Origin: Girardia tigrina
Taxonomy: Eukaryota
DNA: 53,280 bases
Assembly (NCBI GenBank): GCA_001938485.1
Contig: MQRK01238736.1
Coordinates: forward strand, 47,305-100,584
Reading direction: 5' to 3'
Notes under the pieces: model-generated
What the model saw: only the letters and a program-made list of their open reading frames with translations
The model's database searches: none
Told to the model about the DNA's origin: nothing
Shown: positions 10,401 through 22,492 of the stretch, one piece after another
Layout of the letters: each line of letters starts with the position of its first letter
How positions within the stretch are numbered: the stretch's first letter is position 1
Translations under genes and position numbers: made by a program

Positions 10401-12838
10401 ACCAAATCTAAATTATTATTATTCTCTTTAGTTAATTAGAAAATTAAGAATATGTACAGTTTTATTTATTGTTATTACACTTAAAAATATTTAACAAGAT
10501 TATTTTTGAAAAATATATTTTTAATTTTCAGCCTTCATAATAACATATACGAGATTTTTACAAGAGCTATTAAATCTTAATCTTTTTTTGCTAAAATTGT
10601 TTGATGGGAATCAACTTTTAGTGCATACAAGATACGCTGATGATATATTTTAATAAGAAATTTAAAAAATAATGATAAGTTTTTATTAAAATCAAAAACA
10701 GAACTATTGCAGAAAAATGGCTATTCGAAATCATTTTTTAGAAAAACTAAATAATGAGACGATAGATAAATTAATGAATAAAGAACATGAAGGTAAAGAC
10801 AAATTAAAACCCGATAAATTATCTAATGGAAATTCTAATATTGGATATACGCTAATCGTTCTTTATTCAGGTTACAAAAATTTAAATCGTCTATTTTAAA
10901 ATAAATCGATAATAAAAATTTGAATTTAAAAATCATTTCTAAATCTTACAAAATTCAAAGTATGTTCAGCAATAAATCTCGTACTCCTTTGAGTTTATGT
11001 TCCAATCTGGTTTATCAATTTTCGTGTAGTGGTTGTAACACCACATACATTTGAGATAAGTCTCATCATCTCTGTAAACGGATTCGGGAGCATGGACGAT
11101 TGGGTAATGGAAGTAATATTGCTGGACATATGAAGGGTTGTAAATTGGAGGTGAAAACAACTAATTTTAAAATATTGTGCACTAATATTAAAAATTATTG
11201 AGAAAGAGTTACTTGTGAAGCATTATTGATTAAATCACTTAATCCGTCCATTAAAGTCCAAACAAGTCTCTCTTCCACTTTTTTGAAAATATTTAATTAG
11301 TTATTACGCAAGATGTTTGCATAATCATCAATTTGCAATATATAAGCCAGTAAAATTGTTGTTCATTCAGTCTGAAGATGGTAGAAAATCCACCGAAATA
11401 TATTGCAATATATTTTTATTTTTAAAAATCAGGCCAATATATTTTCATTTTGAAAATTTATGAATTTGTTGCACATAAATGTTGCTTTTACAGTTGAAAT
11501 GAAACGAAAATAGACTTATCTTTTCTGGATTTTTTGGTTGCAAGAAAATTCCTTAGTTACGAGACTGGAATTTATTGGAAGGAAAGTAAAACAAGCTCAT
11601 ATGCTTCAAAAGTCAGTTTTTGTGAACCGAAACATTAAAGAAACATGATTAGAGGCTTAATTTATCGCTCTTGGTCGTTATTTTCAACTTTTCTTTTAAT
11701 CTGTAGAAAGTGTTAATAAACTAAGTTCTTTGTTAAATCAGAATGGTTATTCTAAATCTTTTCTAGAAAAATTAATAAAGGAAACAGTAGATAAAATACT
11801 TTTGAAAGATATTTCGGGAAATCAGAGTTTAACTTCTTTTGATAGATCTAAGAAAGAAATCGAAGGATCATTAGATATTAATAATATGCCTAAATATTGT
11901 TTAATTGTACCTTATTCTGAAGGATTTAAAAACTTTAACAGTGTATGAATTAAATTTGTAAATTGTGTCACGATCTCATAAAATTCAAAATATGTTCAGT
12001 AATAAATCTATTACACCTTTAACACTTTGTTCTCATATTGTTTATGAATATAAATGCAATGGGTGCGATGCCACATACATTGGAGAGACTGCCCGTCATC
12101 ATTGTAAACGAATTCAAGAACATAGTCGAAAAGAAAGTAAGAGTAATATTGCAGAACACAGGAACAAAGGTAAATGTGATGTTAATTTTGATAATTTCAA
12201 AATTCTTTTTAAGCATAATAAATTTTAATCCGTTTATTATTTATTTTAAAATTCTTATTTCAAAACTTTTAGCAAAATATATCAATTGTTATGAATGTAA
12301 ACATTTTTTGTTTCTATATAAGTATTTAATTTTTGTTGATTTTTCTTTTAAGATCATTTTTCATTTTAAAACTTTTTGCACTTATTTAATTTTTTTAAAC
12401 TTTCAAATTTAAAAAAAATTAATAAATTAATTTGGCGAAGTGCAAATTTAAACTAACTCCTCATAGTAACAAGTTTATTTTGATTTATAAAATCAACAAA
12501 GATTTACTCTGAATTTCTTCGGTAATTTCATCTGGATAATTACTTAACTTGTTCCTCAATGCCTCGAATTTGATGGACTCCGTCTCCCAGATTTCATGGG
12601 CTTTCAATCGTTCATTTTCCTGAGTTTATCAGTCACTTTATTCGATATAGGTAAATAATTTATCAAATTCTACAAGTTCTTGTAAACATTGAATAATTTC
12701 ATTTAAATCTTCGACATTATCAGGTGAAAAAATGGATTTATCTTCATTGAAAAAATTTAAAATGCAATTTATGTTATCATTGATTTTTTTAACGAAGATT
12801 TTATTATCAATTAATTGTAAATTACTGTTTTCTAACAT
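7473..12838 (-). CDS. CCDC175: Coiled-coil protein, CCDC175-like (spliced; 242 aa as modelled, possibly truncated or pseudogenised at the 3' end)
   Basis: Seven phase-compatible GT-AG exons: 12674-12838, 12508-12619, 10091-10226, 9908-10040, 7666-7764, 7564-7619, 7473-7500. The spliced product ENERLKAHEIWETESIKFEALRNKLSNYPDEITEEIQRAIRAAR...LLPEFEQMKVKHEEIVVLLNQHLSKKADKQIDLNEIR...IIEMEEDVFQMKESMIRDRATAREEKKRL matches my recollection of invertebrate CCDC175 N-terminal sequence. The symbol needs BLAST confirmation. Confidence 0.7.
8135..9475 (-). pseudogene. Decayed coding remnant of unknown protein inside intron 4 of the CCDC175-like gene
   Basis: A largely single-frame read-through (..RVSDFEGLRILNRKP..LFLEVCNNRLKRK..LLSDTIKYLVEKPE..DLDSYLATPNCKTKTIIEWK..) is broken by scattered TAA stops and a few frameshifts. 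It includes track ORFs 8547-8855 and 8985-9170. Confidence 0.45.
10530..11440 (+). mobile_element. Penelope-like element remnant (RT YADD, thumb, GIY-YIG) ending in a pLTR
   Basis: Fragments YTRYADDIF (~10625), NGYSKSFLEKL, and MFSNKSRTPLSLCSNLVYQFSCSGCNTTYI*DKSHHLCKRIREH (GIY-YIG). A hammerhead-like motif follows. Confidence 0.8.
11368..11410 (+). ncRNA. Degenerate hammerhead ribozyme motif in Penelope pLTR
   Basis: CUGAAGA-U-GGU(agaaaatcc)ACC-GAAA-UAUA-UU. Stem I pairs poorly. It sits at the 3' end of the PLE fragment, as expected. Confidence 0.5.
11460..12228 (+). mobile_element. Second tandem Penelope-like remnant (RT thumb and GIY-YIG endonuclease)
   Basis: HINVAFTVEM..SFLDFLV, LNQNGYSKSFLEKLIK, and SNKSITPLTLCSHIVYEYKCNGCDATYIGETARHHCKRIQEH (ORF 11965-12228). 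Confidence 0.85.
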
Positions 12839-15799
12839 TACAAATTTGTGCGCTACTTATTGCTTGGATGCAATATTTAAACAAAAATAATAATAATAAT
12901 TTCAAAAAATATTTTTTTATAAAAACAATCTTAAAGGAATATTAAAATTTATTATATCAATATTAATATACATTTTTACTAATAAAACACTATTTTTTAT
13001 GAAAATTAAAATTTCCCAAATAATTTTACAAGATATAAGCTTTTTATTACGAAATATAAGATATTTAATTATTAATTATTTTAATACGCATTGTTGACAC
13101 AAAATTTACTTTGAAACAAATATTTAATCAATTAAGTTGACCGATTATTTCGTTGATTATTTGAAATATCCTTTGATTACAGGTTCCGGTTCGACGACAA
13201 GTTTTATGTTTATTTTTATTTATTTTATTTTCTTGTTTTTTTGGCACATATTGTCCGAGCTATATGATGTAACATTTAGCTTAGTATCCTTATGTCGTGT
13301 TCCTTCCTCTAGACAACATTTTTGCTAGCTCTGAGCCCTCAGCCGTTTTTAGAGTTCAACGGCAACTCTTGTGTACTACTAATTTTTCTCAATAATTATT
13401 CGCTGTTCGAGGGAACAAACGCGTCTCCTCCGCGCACATCAACGAGTTGTGTGTGCTTTGGAGCGCCTTTGGGTTCAAACCAGTAACGAGTATTGCCCGA
13501 CTGGTGGTCTCAGCTTCTGAGGGGACAATATGGTTTTTCGTGATTGTTTAAAAGTTTTAATCTTGACCACGGCGAACGAAGAGAGCCTCGAGGAAATAAG
13601 CGACGGTCGACCTACGTGCCCTATGCATACTATGTTCGACCTGCACCATCTCCAACAGGTTCTTCGTCTCGGTTAATAATCCTGGTTCATATAATATTAA
13701 TTTTTCAACATATGTGATCTTTAATTTGTTTGGTTTTCATAATGTCATTAACGATTTTAAATACGATTTAAAATATGATTCTAAATATTGATTGACATTC
13801 TATACATTGATTTTGACTATGAGTTTGTTACAGTACTTGTCGACACTAAAACCTTTTGTATGTAAAGCCAATCTTTATGTAAAGCCATTTTTATTAAACC
13901 TGGATTAAAGTGTTACATCATATAAACAGCTACCAATCGACAATTCAAGGGTAACCAACTTCTACTAACTCAATAACGAACTTCAAGAGTCATCCATGAT
14001 AGCTCCATTTGTTTGTCTCGTCGACCGATTAAAAGTCCAGAATCCCGAAGGAATGTTCTAAGTCTCGAAATTTCGACCAATCGAATCAAACCTCCACATC
14101 ATCTTTATCTACTAGTTCCTCTCCTTCATACAACTAGTAAGGGTTCGAATTGTTGAATGATTATTGTCAAAAACCAGAATAGGGTAGTATGGGTAAATAT
14201 ATTGCTAACATAAACTATCTGGCCAGGATGATTTATTAGAACAATGGTATACTTTGATCTTTTTCTTTTTTTAATATGACGTAATTGCTCATAACATCTT
14301 ATGCTCAAAGTTTGCTTACCGTTTATCGTAATCACGATGTGGTCTTTATCTGCAGTATTTACTGACGTTAAAACCCTTCACAGAAAAGAAAAGAGGGTTT
14401 GACCGAACGATAAGACGAACGATAAGACGCTTTGCTCGTTGGTGTCAGACATATTTCGATACATTTTAATTCTTCAAATATCATGTGAAAGAAAACAACA
14501 AAACAAAAATTATGACTCGACCACTAATAACATTCAATACCCGTAAACTAATAATTTTATATTTTCGATTCTTATTTATGATTATTCCAGAATACTTTGC
14601 ACACTACAAATATAATGCATCTAAATTGAAGAGTATCAAATGAAAAGTGAATTTTCAAATAAAAAATATAAAATGACTCGAATGAATATTGTTCTTTTTA
14701 AACAATTATTATCTTTAGAAAACTGTAAATTCCCATAGTAACTCCGTGAATCAGAAAAAAGTAAGTTAACATAAAACACATGTTAATATGCATTCTTCTC
14801 TCTAGGATTTTTTCTTTTATAAGAGGCGAAAGAATCAAAATTTGTTAAATTGAAATCGTGACAATCAAAAAAAAACATTAATTATTAAATTATAAAATAT
14901 TATCATAAAATACAAGGCATTTGCTAGAATCCAGAATACTCGAAATCTCGAGAGCTTGATACGTGTAATTTTTTTCATTAATGTATTTTTTAATGAATAT
15001 TAGTAATAACAGGGAATAGCGTAATATCGATAAATATTTTAGTAATATTTCATACAAGTTATCTGCTTATGATGATTCACTAAAAGATTTTATAGTTTAA
15101 TCAATTACATTTTGGTTTATGGTGTCGTTGTAAAGAACTTTAGGAGATCATTCTCATAAGAATTTTCGTTCGTTTTATTCAGGATATACGGTAATAACTG
15201 ATAGCTCTATTTTGAGTATTTACAAGGTACCCCACTCTCTCATGCTTGAAGATCATCAACCGATTAACATAATTACAGTAAATAAGTAGATATATCTCGA
15301 CTCACTCGTAGAATTATATACACTTTATTTACACTGGACGCTACTCCTCCAGTTAAAATCTACTTCACGTAGCGGCCTGTACTCAGCTCCTGTCACCGAC
15401 TTATGTACACTATTTACATTAATCCTTCCTTTACTCCTCTGGAACTCTCCCTTCTTCACCGCCCCCACTACTGTAACTCCCTGTTGATTCTATTTTACTA
15501 ACTTGACTCATTATCAACCAGAGCTGAAGTTCGTAGCGATCTCCATCATTAGCAAGGGCGTTCATTAATTATTAGGAAATCATAATAATCATCATAATCA
15601 AAATATAATTCGCAACAAGGTTTATATTAAATAACTAAGACTTTGATTAATATATTATATTAAATAAATAAACGTAAGTATAAAATTACTCGTATGCAAT
15701 TACAACTTTGTCCGATTAATTTCAGGTAAATAACAACGTCAAAAGCGAAATAAGAAGTGGAAATATTCTTTCAATTTTTATAAAAGTAAAATTGGATTG

Positions 15800-17150
15800 T
15801 GTACAATTTCTGCGAAAAATCGTTTAGTAATCATGTCAAGAATAATTTTGTGCGCGTGTGTGGTGTGTTTTTTGTGCAAATGTGCAAGGTATCTATACCC
15901 TGCTATTCCACTACACTACCCGACACACTCGGGTATCCTATTTACTTGTCTAATCGGTTTATTCAAGACATGATGAGGGGGTTTATGAAATGATTATATT
16001 CATTCTGTTTAAATTACGGTCGCGTGCCTGCAATGTTTCTGTTTATCAGAATATGCACTGCAGCATCCTGTTTAGTGTCAGGAAGGAAAGGGGAAATGGT
16101 TACGCTCAGTCGCAATGCACATACCGTCGTTGTAATCGCTATATCTTTATTTCGCCTGTCGGGACTCCGTTGTCGCTTATGCACAGAATATCATTAGGGT
16201 GAGGTATTGCGAGATCTCATAGTTGATTTAATTATTTTGGATATAATTCCATTTCGACTGTCAGGCGTAGTCGCAATCTTTAACAAGATGTCCCTTCTCC
16301 CCTTAATGGTTTTTTCGAAAATTTGCATGTTGCTACCATCCGGCTTATTGGATGGCATATTGTACCTGCGATTTTGGAGAGTCATCTGTTTACACAGGTA
16401 TTTACTGGGGGGGTTTGTTTTCGTCTGATTAGTTTCATTCTATTCTAGATAAACCATATGGTCTATGAATCACGGAATCTTGAAATCTACGTGGACTTCT
16501 AAGTAATTAATTTTGTTAATTAATTATAATTCTACCATTTCATTATAAGTTAATTCAAGGGTCATACAGCTTCTAGTGGTGATAACCTTGGACGGGGTGG
16601 AGTCTGATTACGACGTACTCTACTACTATGCCTGGTCCGACGTCTCAGAATTTCGGTCGAGCTCAAGCGACCTTCCAGAGCTCTGGTTCACTAATTTTTC
16701 ATTTCGCAGTTCACAACCATCCGCGGAGAGTCTCTTATAGGAACTCGTGGTTGTCGGCTCCTTCCCGTTGTCCGCCGTTCTACATGCTCATGGAATTCAT
16801 TTAAACCTAATGGTAATAGCCGAGCTAGACTATTACCCACTTCACTACAATGGTTCCTTGGATGTGAGATGGTGTCGATATCGGAAAGGTTATGTCATTT
16901 GCATCGTAACACTTAATAAAAATTTATTAATAATTGCTTTTATTTGTTATATATTTAATCCTTATGAATTAATTTTAATTCTTGCTTTTATTTTATAAAT
17001 TTTTCCAACTAGCGTTTTAAATTTTATACCGATTGATGAACAGGTTACAAAGGATATTCCGAGTATCAATCAAGTGTCGGATTCATAGTTCGTCTCTAAG
17101 TCCAGGCACTCGTTTCTCGGACTCCGACATGTAACCGGAGTCTTGACCTT
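15800..17150 (-). pseudogene. Possible decayed spliced gene (S/R/P-rich), unassigned
   Basis: GC-richer blocks are bounded by short AT-rich GT..AG segments. Fragments include EGQDSGYMSESEKRVPGLRDEL*, RRNQTPPRPRLSPLEA and SPRRFQDS. There are many stops. Confidence 0.25.
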
Positions 17151-19099
17151 CTGTAAATAAGATGCAATCGTAGTATAGTCTCATAGTATAGTATTTGCAA
17201 ATATGCCTTCATATTATCATGATTATAACATTTCTTCTATATCTGAAATTGTTTTAATAGGTTTTAGGTTGTCGTAATCTTTCATTGATCGTAAATTATC
17301 GTTGATTTACAACTTTACATTCGTGTGCAGTAATATTTTATTATTTCTTTATCGTGTCCTGTACAGTTTTTATTTTACAAATACATCTTTTTCTACAATT
17401 CGACTACATTGATCGACTTTATTACCATCAAATCGCGCACTATACATGTAAATGGTAGCAATGAGATCCGATCGTATTTTTGTACGATTCGGCTTGGGCT
17501 ACAAATAGTTCAAAGTATCTTAATCGGTACTTTTCCATATTTCCCAAAGTCGTGGAGTGAGGTAAAGATCATAATTTTGTACAATGGAAAAGGATCTTAG
17601 AAAGACCTCAACAACCATAGAGGTATCTTACTACAAGACGTTGGTGGAAAAATACTAGCCAGGATCATTGCGAACAGAATCATTATCGTACTTGAAAACA
17701 GTCTGAGTGATTGGCAGTTCGGTTTCCGACAAGGCAGAGGCACCAGTAATGCAATAGGAATACTCAGGAAATTGCAAGAATCGGCACGATATGCGGACAA
17801 TGACATATTCGTCATTTTCATAGACCTGGAAAAGGCGTTCGACAGTGTACCTTGAGGAATTTTGTTAGCAGTACTGGAAAAGTTGGTAATCAATGGGAGG
17901 ATTATGAAACTTATCAAACTATTCCACATTGATTTTGAAGGTTCTATTGGTGAAAATACGTTTACGACGAAGAAAAGAATACGGCAAGGGTGTGTTTTGT
18001 GTCCTATTTTATTCAATATCATATATGATAGGGCACTCAAAATATCAGCAAACCATGGAATGAAGGGTGGAGCACGACTCCAATACCAAGGCAAAACAAC
18101 TGAGCTCAATCACTTGGCTTACCCTGACGATCTCTCTCTCATCGAACCTGACTACAACAATCTGGTCAGTAATCTTTATATCTTAAATAGTGTTTTCACT
18201 AAGATAGTTCTGAAAATCAATGTCTCAGAAACTAAGATTATGAATCTGAATGGACAAAGGATATATATGCTGCCGTAAATGTGAATGACATGCAAATAGA
18301 ATGGGTAACTGAATTCAACTATTTGGGTTCCCAGTTTACCACAAAAGGTACTTGTGAACACGTCATCAAGGAAAGGATAAAGAAAGGGAGAACCAGGCTA
18401 AGGGAACTCGGTTCGGTAATTAAAAGTAATATGCTTACCATAAGAAGCAAAAAGGCACTGATTGAAAGCTGTATATTTCCTATCGTATACTATGGCTCGG
18501 AGAACTGGCATACAAACAAGAGCCTCGTCAGAAAACTTGAAGCCTTAAATAACGCGTCCACAAGAACAGCACGTAATGTCGATAAGAAAGATCATATCAG
18601 AATGGACTCGATCAATATCGGATAAGATTATCCAGTGAACATCGTTGCCAAGAGACGGCTTCTGTTCTATGTCCCTTTGGCAACAGGAGAAGGTCAGCTA
18701 TGTGTGCAAAGAATTCTGAAAAGCATAATCGAATGAAATAGAAAGATCGCGAGAAGAAGCAAACAGAAACTCGAAGAATGCCTACGGATCGATGTGGAAT
18801 GGCTGCTCTGAGAGACCGCCTCTGTTCACTCTGTTATCAGCATGTTAGCAGATGGTGTTCAACTCCGAATGCGAGACAGGCTCGACCATTTAATCCACAG
18901 CAGGAGTATCATAGGGAGGAAGACCAAAGATCTAGCGAAACTGATCAAACCGAGAATGAAAATGGTCATATCTCACTACGAGCTTTGCAAGAAAGCCTTT
19001 GCAGAATAAATGGAACTCAATAGACATATCAAAATGGATCATGAAACGGCACCAGACAAGCAGAAACCTTATCCATGTCAGTACTGCTCCAAGAACTAT

Positions 19100-19805
19100 T
19101 GTTAGGGTTTCGAGGAGTGCAGGTGAACACTTTTGATAAAATTTTATGTAGAAAAAATTTAAAATAATTCTTTTGGTAAAATTATTAATTTCAAACAAAA
19201 TATTATTTAGTTTAACAAAATTTGGAATCTAAAATTAAAAATATTTTAGTCTTTGTTTTACTTCATCAATTTTCAAGGCTGATGAAAATTAATATATAAA
19301 CAGCAGAAAATCTAGTTTTAGTTTGCCCAAAAAATTCTCGCATCAAAAAACAAAAGGAAGCAAGTAAACTCAGAATTATTTTTGTTATTTATTAATCTTT
19401 TAAAATATTATTCTTTTTAAACCATAATTATCCCGTATGGGAGAAGAAGGTTTAATTTAATTTTAAACATTCGTTCGTTTTGGAGATTCACAGTTTTTGC
19501 TGTAATCTGTTAAATCGTACGAAATATTGTTTTGTGTTTGGTGTTCTGTCATCAAGAATTGAATTATTATTATTATTTTTGACTTGTTAATTTTTGTTAT
19601 TTGAAATAAAGTTTCATAAAAGAATTTGTGTTCATTGTCTATATATTTATGTTGGAAGTCCTTTCTGATTAATTGGAGTCAGATTTAAGATTTCAGATTA
19701 AAGATTACAGATTAAAGATTAAAGAATAAAGATTTACGATTAAAAATTTAAGATTTGTGTTTTAAAAAGTAAATAATTATATTAAAGATAATTTAATACC
19801 TAACA
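19100..19805. mobile_element. Solo LTR (706 bp) inserted into the LINE zinc finger
   Basis: Termini TGTTAGG...CCTAACA with 4-bp TSD CTAT (19096-19099 / 19806-19809). Removing it restores the in-frame C2H2 finger YPCQYCSKNYTSMGWLTKHYKTDH. Confidence 0.85.
19682..19756 (+). repeat. Tandem 7-bp repeat (GATTWAA-like) inside solo LTR
   Basis: gatttaa gatttca gattaaa gattaca gattaaa gattaaa gaataaa gatttac gattaaa... Confidence 0.85.
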
Positions 19806-21202
19806 CTATACATCAATGGGGTGGCTGACCAAACACTACAAGACAGATCACAAGGAAAAGCAAATCAATCAAATCAAATCCAACAGAAGCATCAAAGAAG
19901 AAAAGCCGGTGACTATTGTGATGGCGATTTGTGAAGTAGGGTAAAAATGGTCGGTGATGCCAGGAAGAAGGAAGACAATCCAACAATTACAAGCAGTATT
20001 CAGGTGCGGGCCGTCAATACGAATATTCTAACGAATCTCAAGGAAATGATCTCTTTAGACGTGTTAAATTTCTGTTTAACGGATTTATCTAAAAATAGAA
20101 ATTTCAACTGTCCCTTCCTGACTGTTTACAGTCCACGGGAACGGAATGCTAAATCCTGGAACATTCGAACATGGTTGGTTGTTTTTTACTGGGGGTCCGA
20201 ACAGACATCGTAGGCGGAAAGCTGACAACCTCCTAGGAGGCCTATCGGGGGGCTACTAGTGCTTTTTAGTTCGGGTGGACCCTCTAAAGAGCCTACGGCT
20301 CAATATCATTGAAAGATATGGGAGGCCCACTTTTCCATGTGTCATATAATTATATTTTCCATATAATTATATAATTCTCAAAATGTCATTTTTTCAAAAT
20401 GATTTCTAATTACTAATTTTAAATTATCTGAATTTGATTAAGATAATATTTAAAAATCCACCTCTCAGAAATTTCACTAAAATAATCTTTTGATTATTTT
20501 TTAAACAAATTTATTTATTTATAAGGCTAAAACAGGTGACTTTAAACATCTCGAATTTTACATTGGGTTGTGAATTTGAAATAAATGTAAACTGAAACTT
20601 AAAATTAAATTCAATTAATTTCGGATAAAAAGATGTGAGTGGAGAACTAGGAATTTAATTAAGCGTTGAGGAATTAAATAAACTAATTTTATTCCATAAG
20701 TCCGTGTATGTTGATTAATTTTATCAATAACTTACATCTATAACCCTATGAAATCTTACACTGTTGATTATGGATAAAAAGTAAACTAAATCGTGTTTAC
20801 TAAAAATGCTATGATATTGTATCGGCTGGTACGATCTGGAAAATTTGATATTGCAAAAAAAAGTATCCATCACTAAAATTTTGTTTTCCCAGAGTACTAT
20901 GGTACTATTCATGGGCGTATCATGTAGTTGTTCTAGTTTGTTAGCCCTGTAAAATTTACTATTTCGACAATTACGAAATAGTAAATCTTACTTGCAAATA
21001 AATAAAAATAAATAAACAAAATAACGCTAAACCGTTAATAAAAGTTTAATGTCAAAAAACCAAGCAAAGAAAAAAACAAAAGAAAGTCACCTTGAATAAT
21101 AATAAATTTATTCCAAATAACAAAAGTCCAAGAATATTAGTTAATGTAATTATTATTATTTCTGATCTAGATCAATTTATATATTGATTTTTTATTTTAG
21201 CA

Positions 21203-22200
21203 TTAACTTTTCTGTATTACTTGTTGTAAAAACAGGAGAGGGCTTTGATGAAACGCATTGCGTTGTTCCTCTGTAATTGTGATCTTATTTTTACACGAAT
21301 CAGCGAAAATTTCATTTCTTAAGTCCACTTCATTATCGACAATTATAAAACTGGCAAAGTTTAATTTTTCTTTAGGAATAATCTGTAGTAATTGTTCAGC
21401 TATGCCGTTTAATCTTTCAAGTTTTTTTATCCTTTGATAAAACTCCGATTCGAGCATTAAAACTCGCATCAAATAAACTGCCTAGTTGAGTTGCATTTGT
21501 AGCCGAAACGATTTCTTTATTTATTGATATTGACGGTCGAAACAGATCACTGAGTCGAGGTAGTGCAGAATTATATGAATTTTTGTCATGCTTTTTGATC
21601 TACATTCACCATAACTTTATTTAACACAAAGCTTAATATATACATTTACTATAAATGTATTTATATCTACAATTACTTACATAACATCAATAATGAAATA
21701 AATCCTTAAAAACCATTGCATACACAACATACACCACGCTCAAGACATGCCTATGTACAGCGAACACTCAAACCAAACAAGGTCAAATACAGAGGCAAAA
21801 AGAAGAAAGACCACATCATTCCTCGATCAATACACGCAGAGTTAGAATAACACAAGCCCCAATCGATAAACTGAATTTTACTTATTGCTCTGATTAAAGA
21901 TCTATTTAATTGAATTCTGTTATAGTTTCTTTAACTTCAAACTGATATCTTATGGGTTCTAAAATCAATACAACATTATTTAATTGAACATAGCTTATGT
22001 TTAGGTTAACTTCATCTGATTCAATCTTATTCGAGATTCAATATATTATCGACCAGTTGAGTAAAATCAGAAATAGTAGTCTGTTGATAACGGTTAATAT
22101 ATAATATTGTCATTCCTTTTACCTCGTTTGTAAATCCGTTAGCCACATTGTCTAAGAACATAACAAGAGAACTCAGATTGAGTTATATAGATAGGTGTTC
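21203..22200 (-). pseudogene. Decayed spliced host-gene remnant, unassigned
   Basis: Short GT-AG introns separate fragments LVMFLDNVANGFTNE|TTISDFTQLVDNILNL..|NP*DISLKLKKL*QNSIK*IF and ..LGSLFDASFNARIG/LERLNGIAEQLLQIIPKEKL..FLQQVIQKS. Stops and frameshifts are present. Confidence 0.35.
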
Positions 22201-22492
22201 GATTTAGTTAAATAATTTTCCATTTTTTTAAATAATTGTCTTTTTTTATAAAAGTAAAAAAGCAAATTAAAAAATAAAAAACTATGATTTATTCAATTTA
22301 CTTTTTTATCCGTTTCGTTATTTTCTTAACCATCAACGGGTCAGGGATTTTAATATTGCTTTAAAGGGCCCGTGTTAACAAAATGTTAACAAAGATAAAT
22401 ATCCTTTATTTAAGAAATATGAATTCATGATATTATAATTAACACAGTAAACGAAATAAAAACTATATATATTCAACGAAAGTTCATTATAG

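Larger units (their letters stand above)
17535..19900 (+). mobile_element. 5'-truncated RTE-like non-LTR retrotransposon (RT plus C-terminal C2H2 zinc fingers), decayed
   Basis: FPKSW..IIILYNGKG..NNHRGILL..GKILARII..QFGFRQGRGT..FIDLEKAFDSVP..RQGCVLCPILFNI..LAYPDD..KINVSETKIM..FNYLGS. C-terminal CKKAF..LNRHIKMDH and YPCQYCSKNY|TSMGWLTKHYKTDH. Confidence 0.85.

Noticed and set aside
13900-14400. Possible LINE endonuclease/linker remnant on the minus strand (DHIVITING.., QQFEPLL..)
   Set aside because: Too decayed to assign by eye.
19682-19756. Short periodic repeat resembling a CRISPR or telomeric array
   Set aside because: It is a 7-bp tandem unit without spacers, lying inside a eukaryotic solo LTR.
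20949-20991. 18-bp-arm hairpin as a terminator or ncRNA
   Set aside because: It is an AT-rich DNA palindrome without strand asymmetry, most likely a MITE subterminal remnant.
6900-22200. Reassignment of TAA/TAG to Gln (ciliate-type code), suggested by stops falling at Gln-like positions in several relics
   Set aside because: The 716-aa and 295-aa ORFs and the first six CCDC175-like exons use many CAA/CAG codons with no in-frame TAA/TAG. The relics also contain frameshifts and TGA stops. C-to-T decay explains the pattern.
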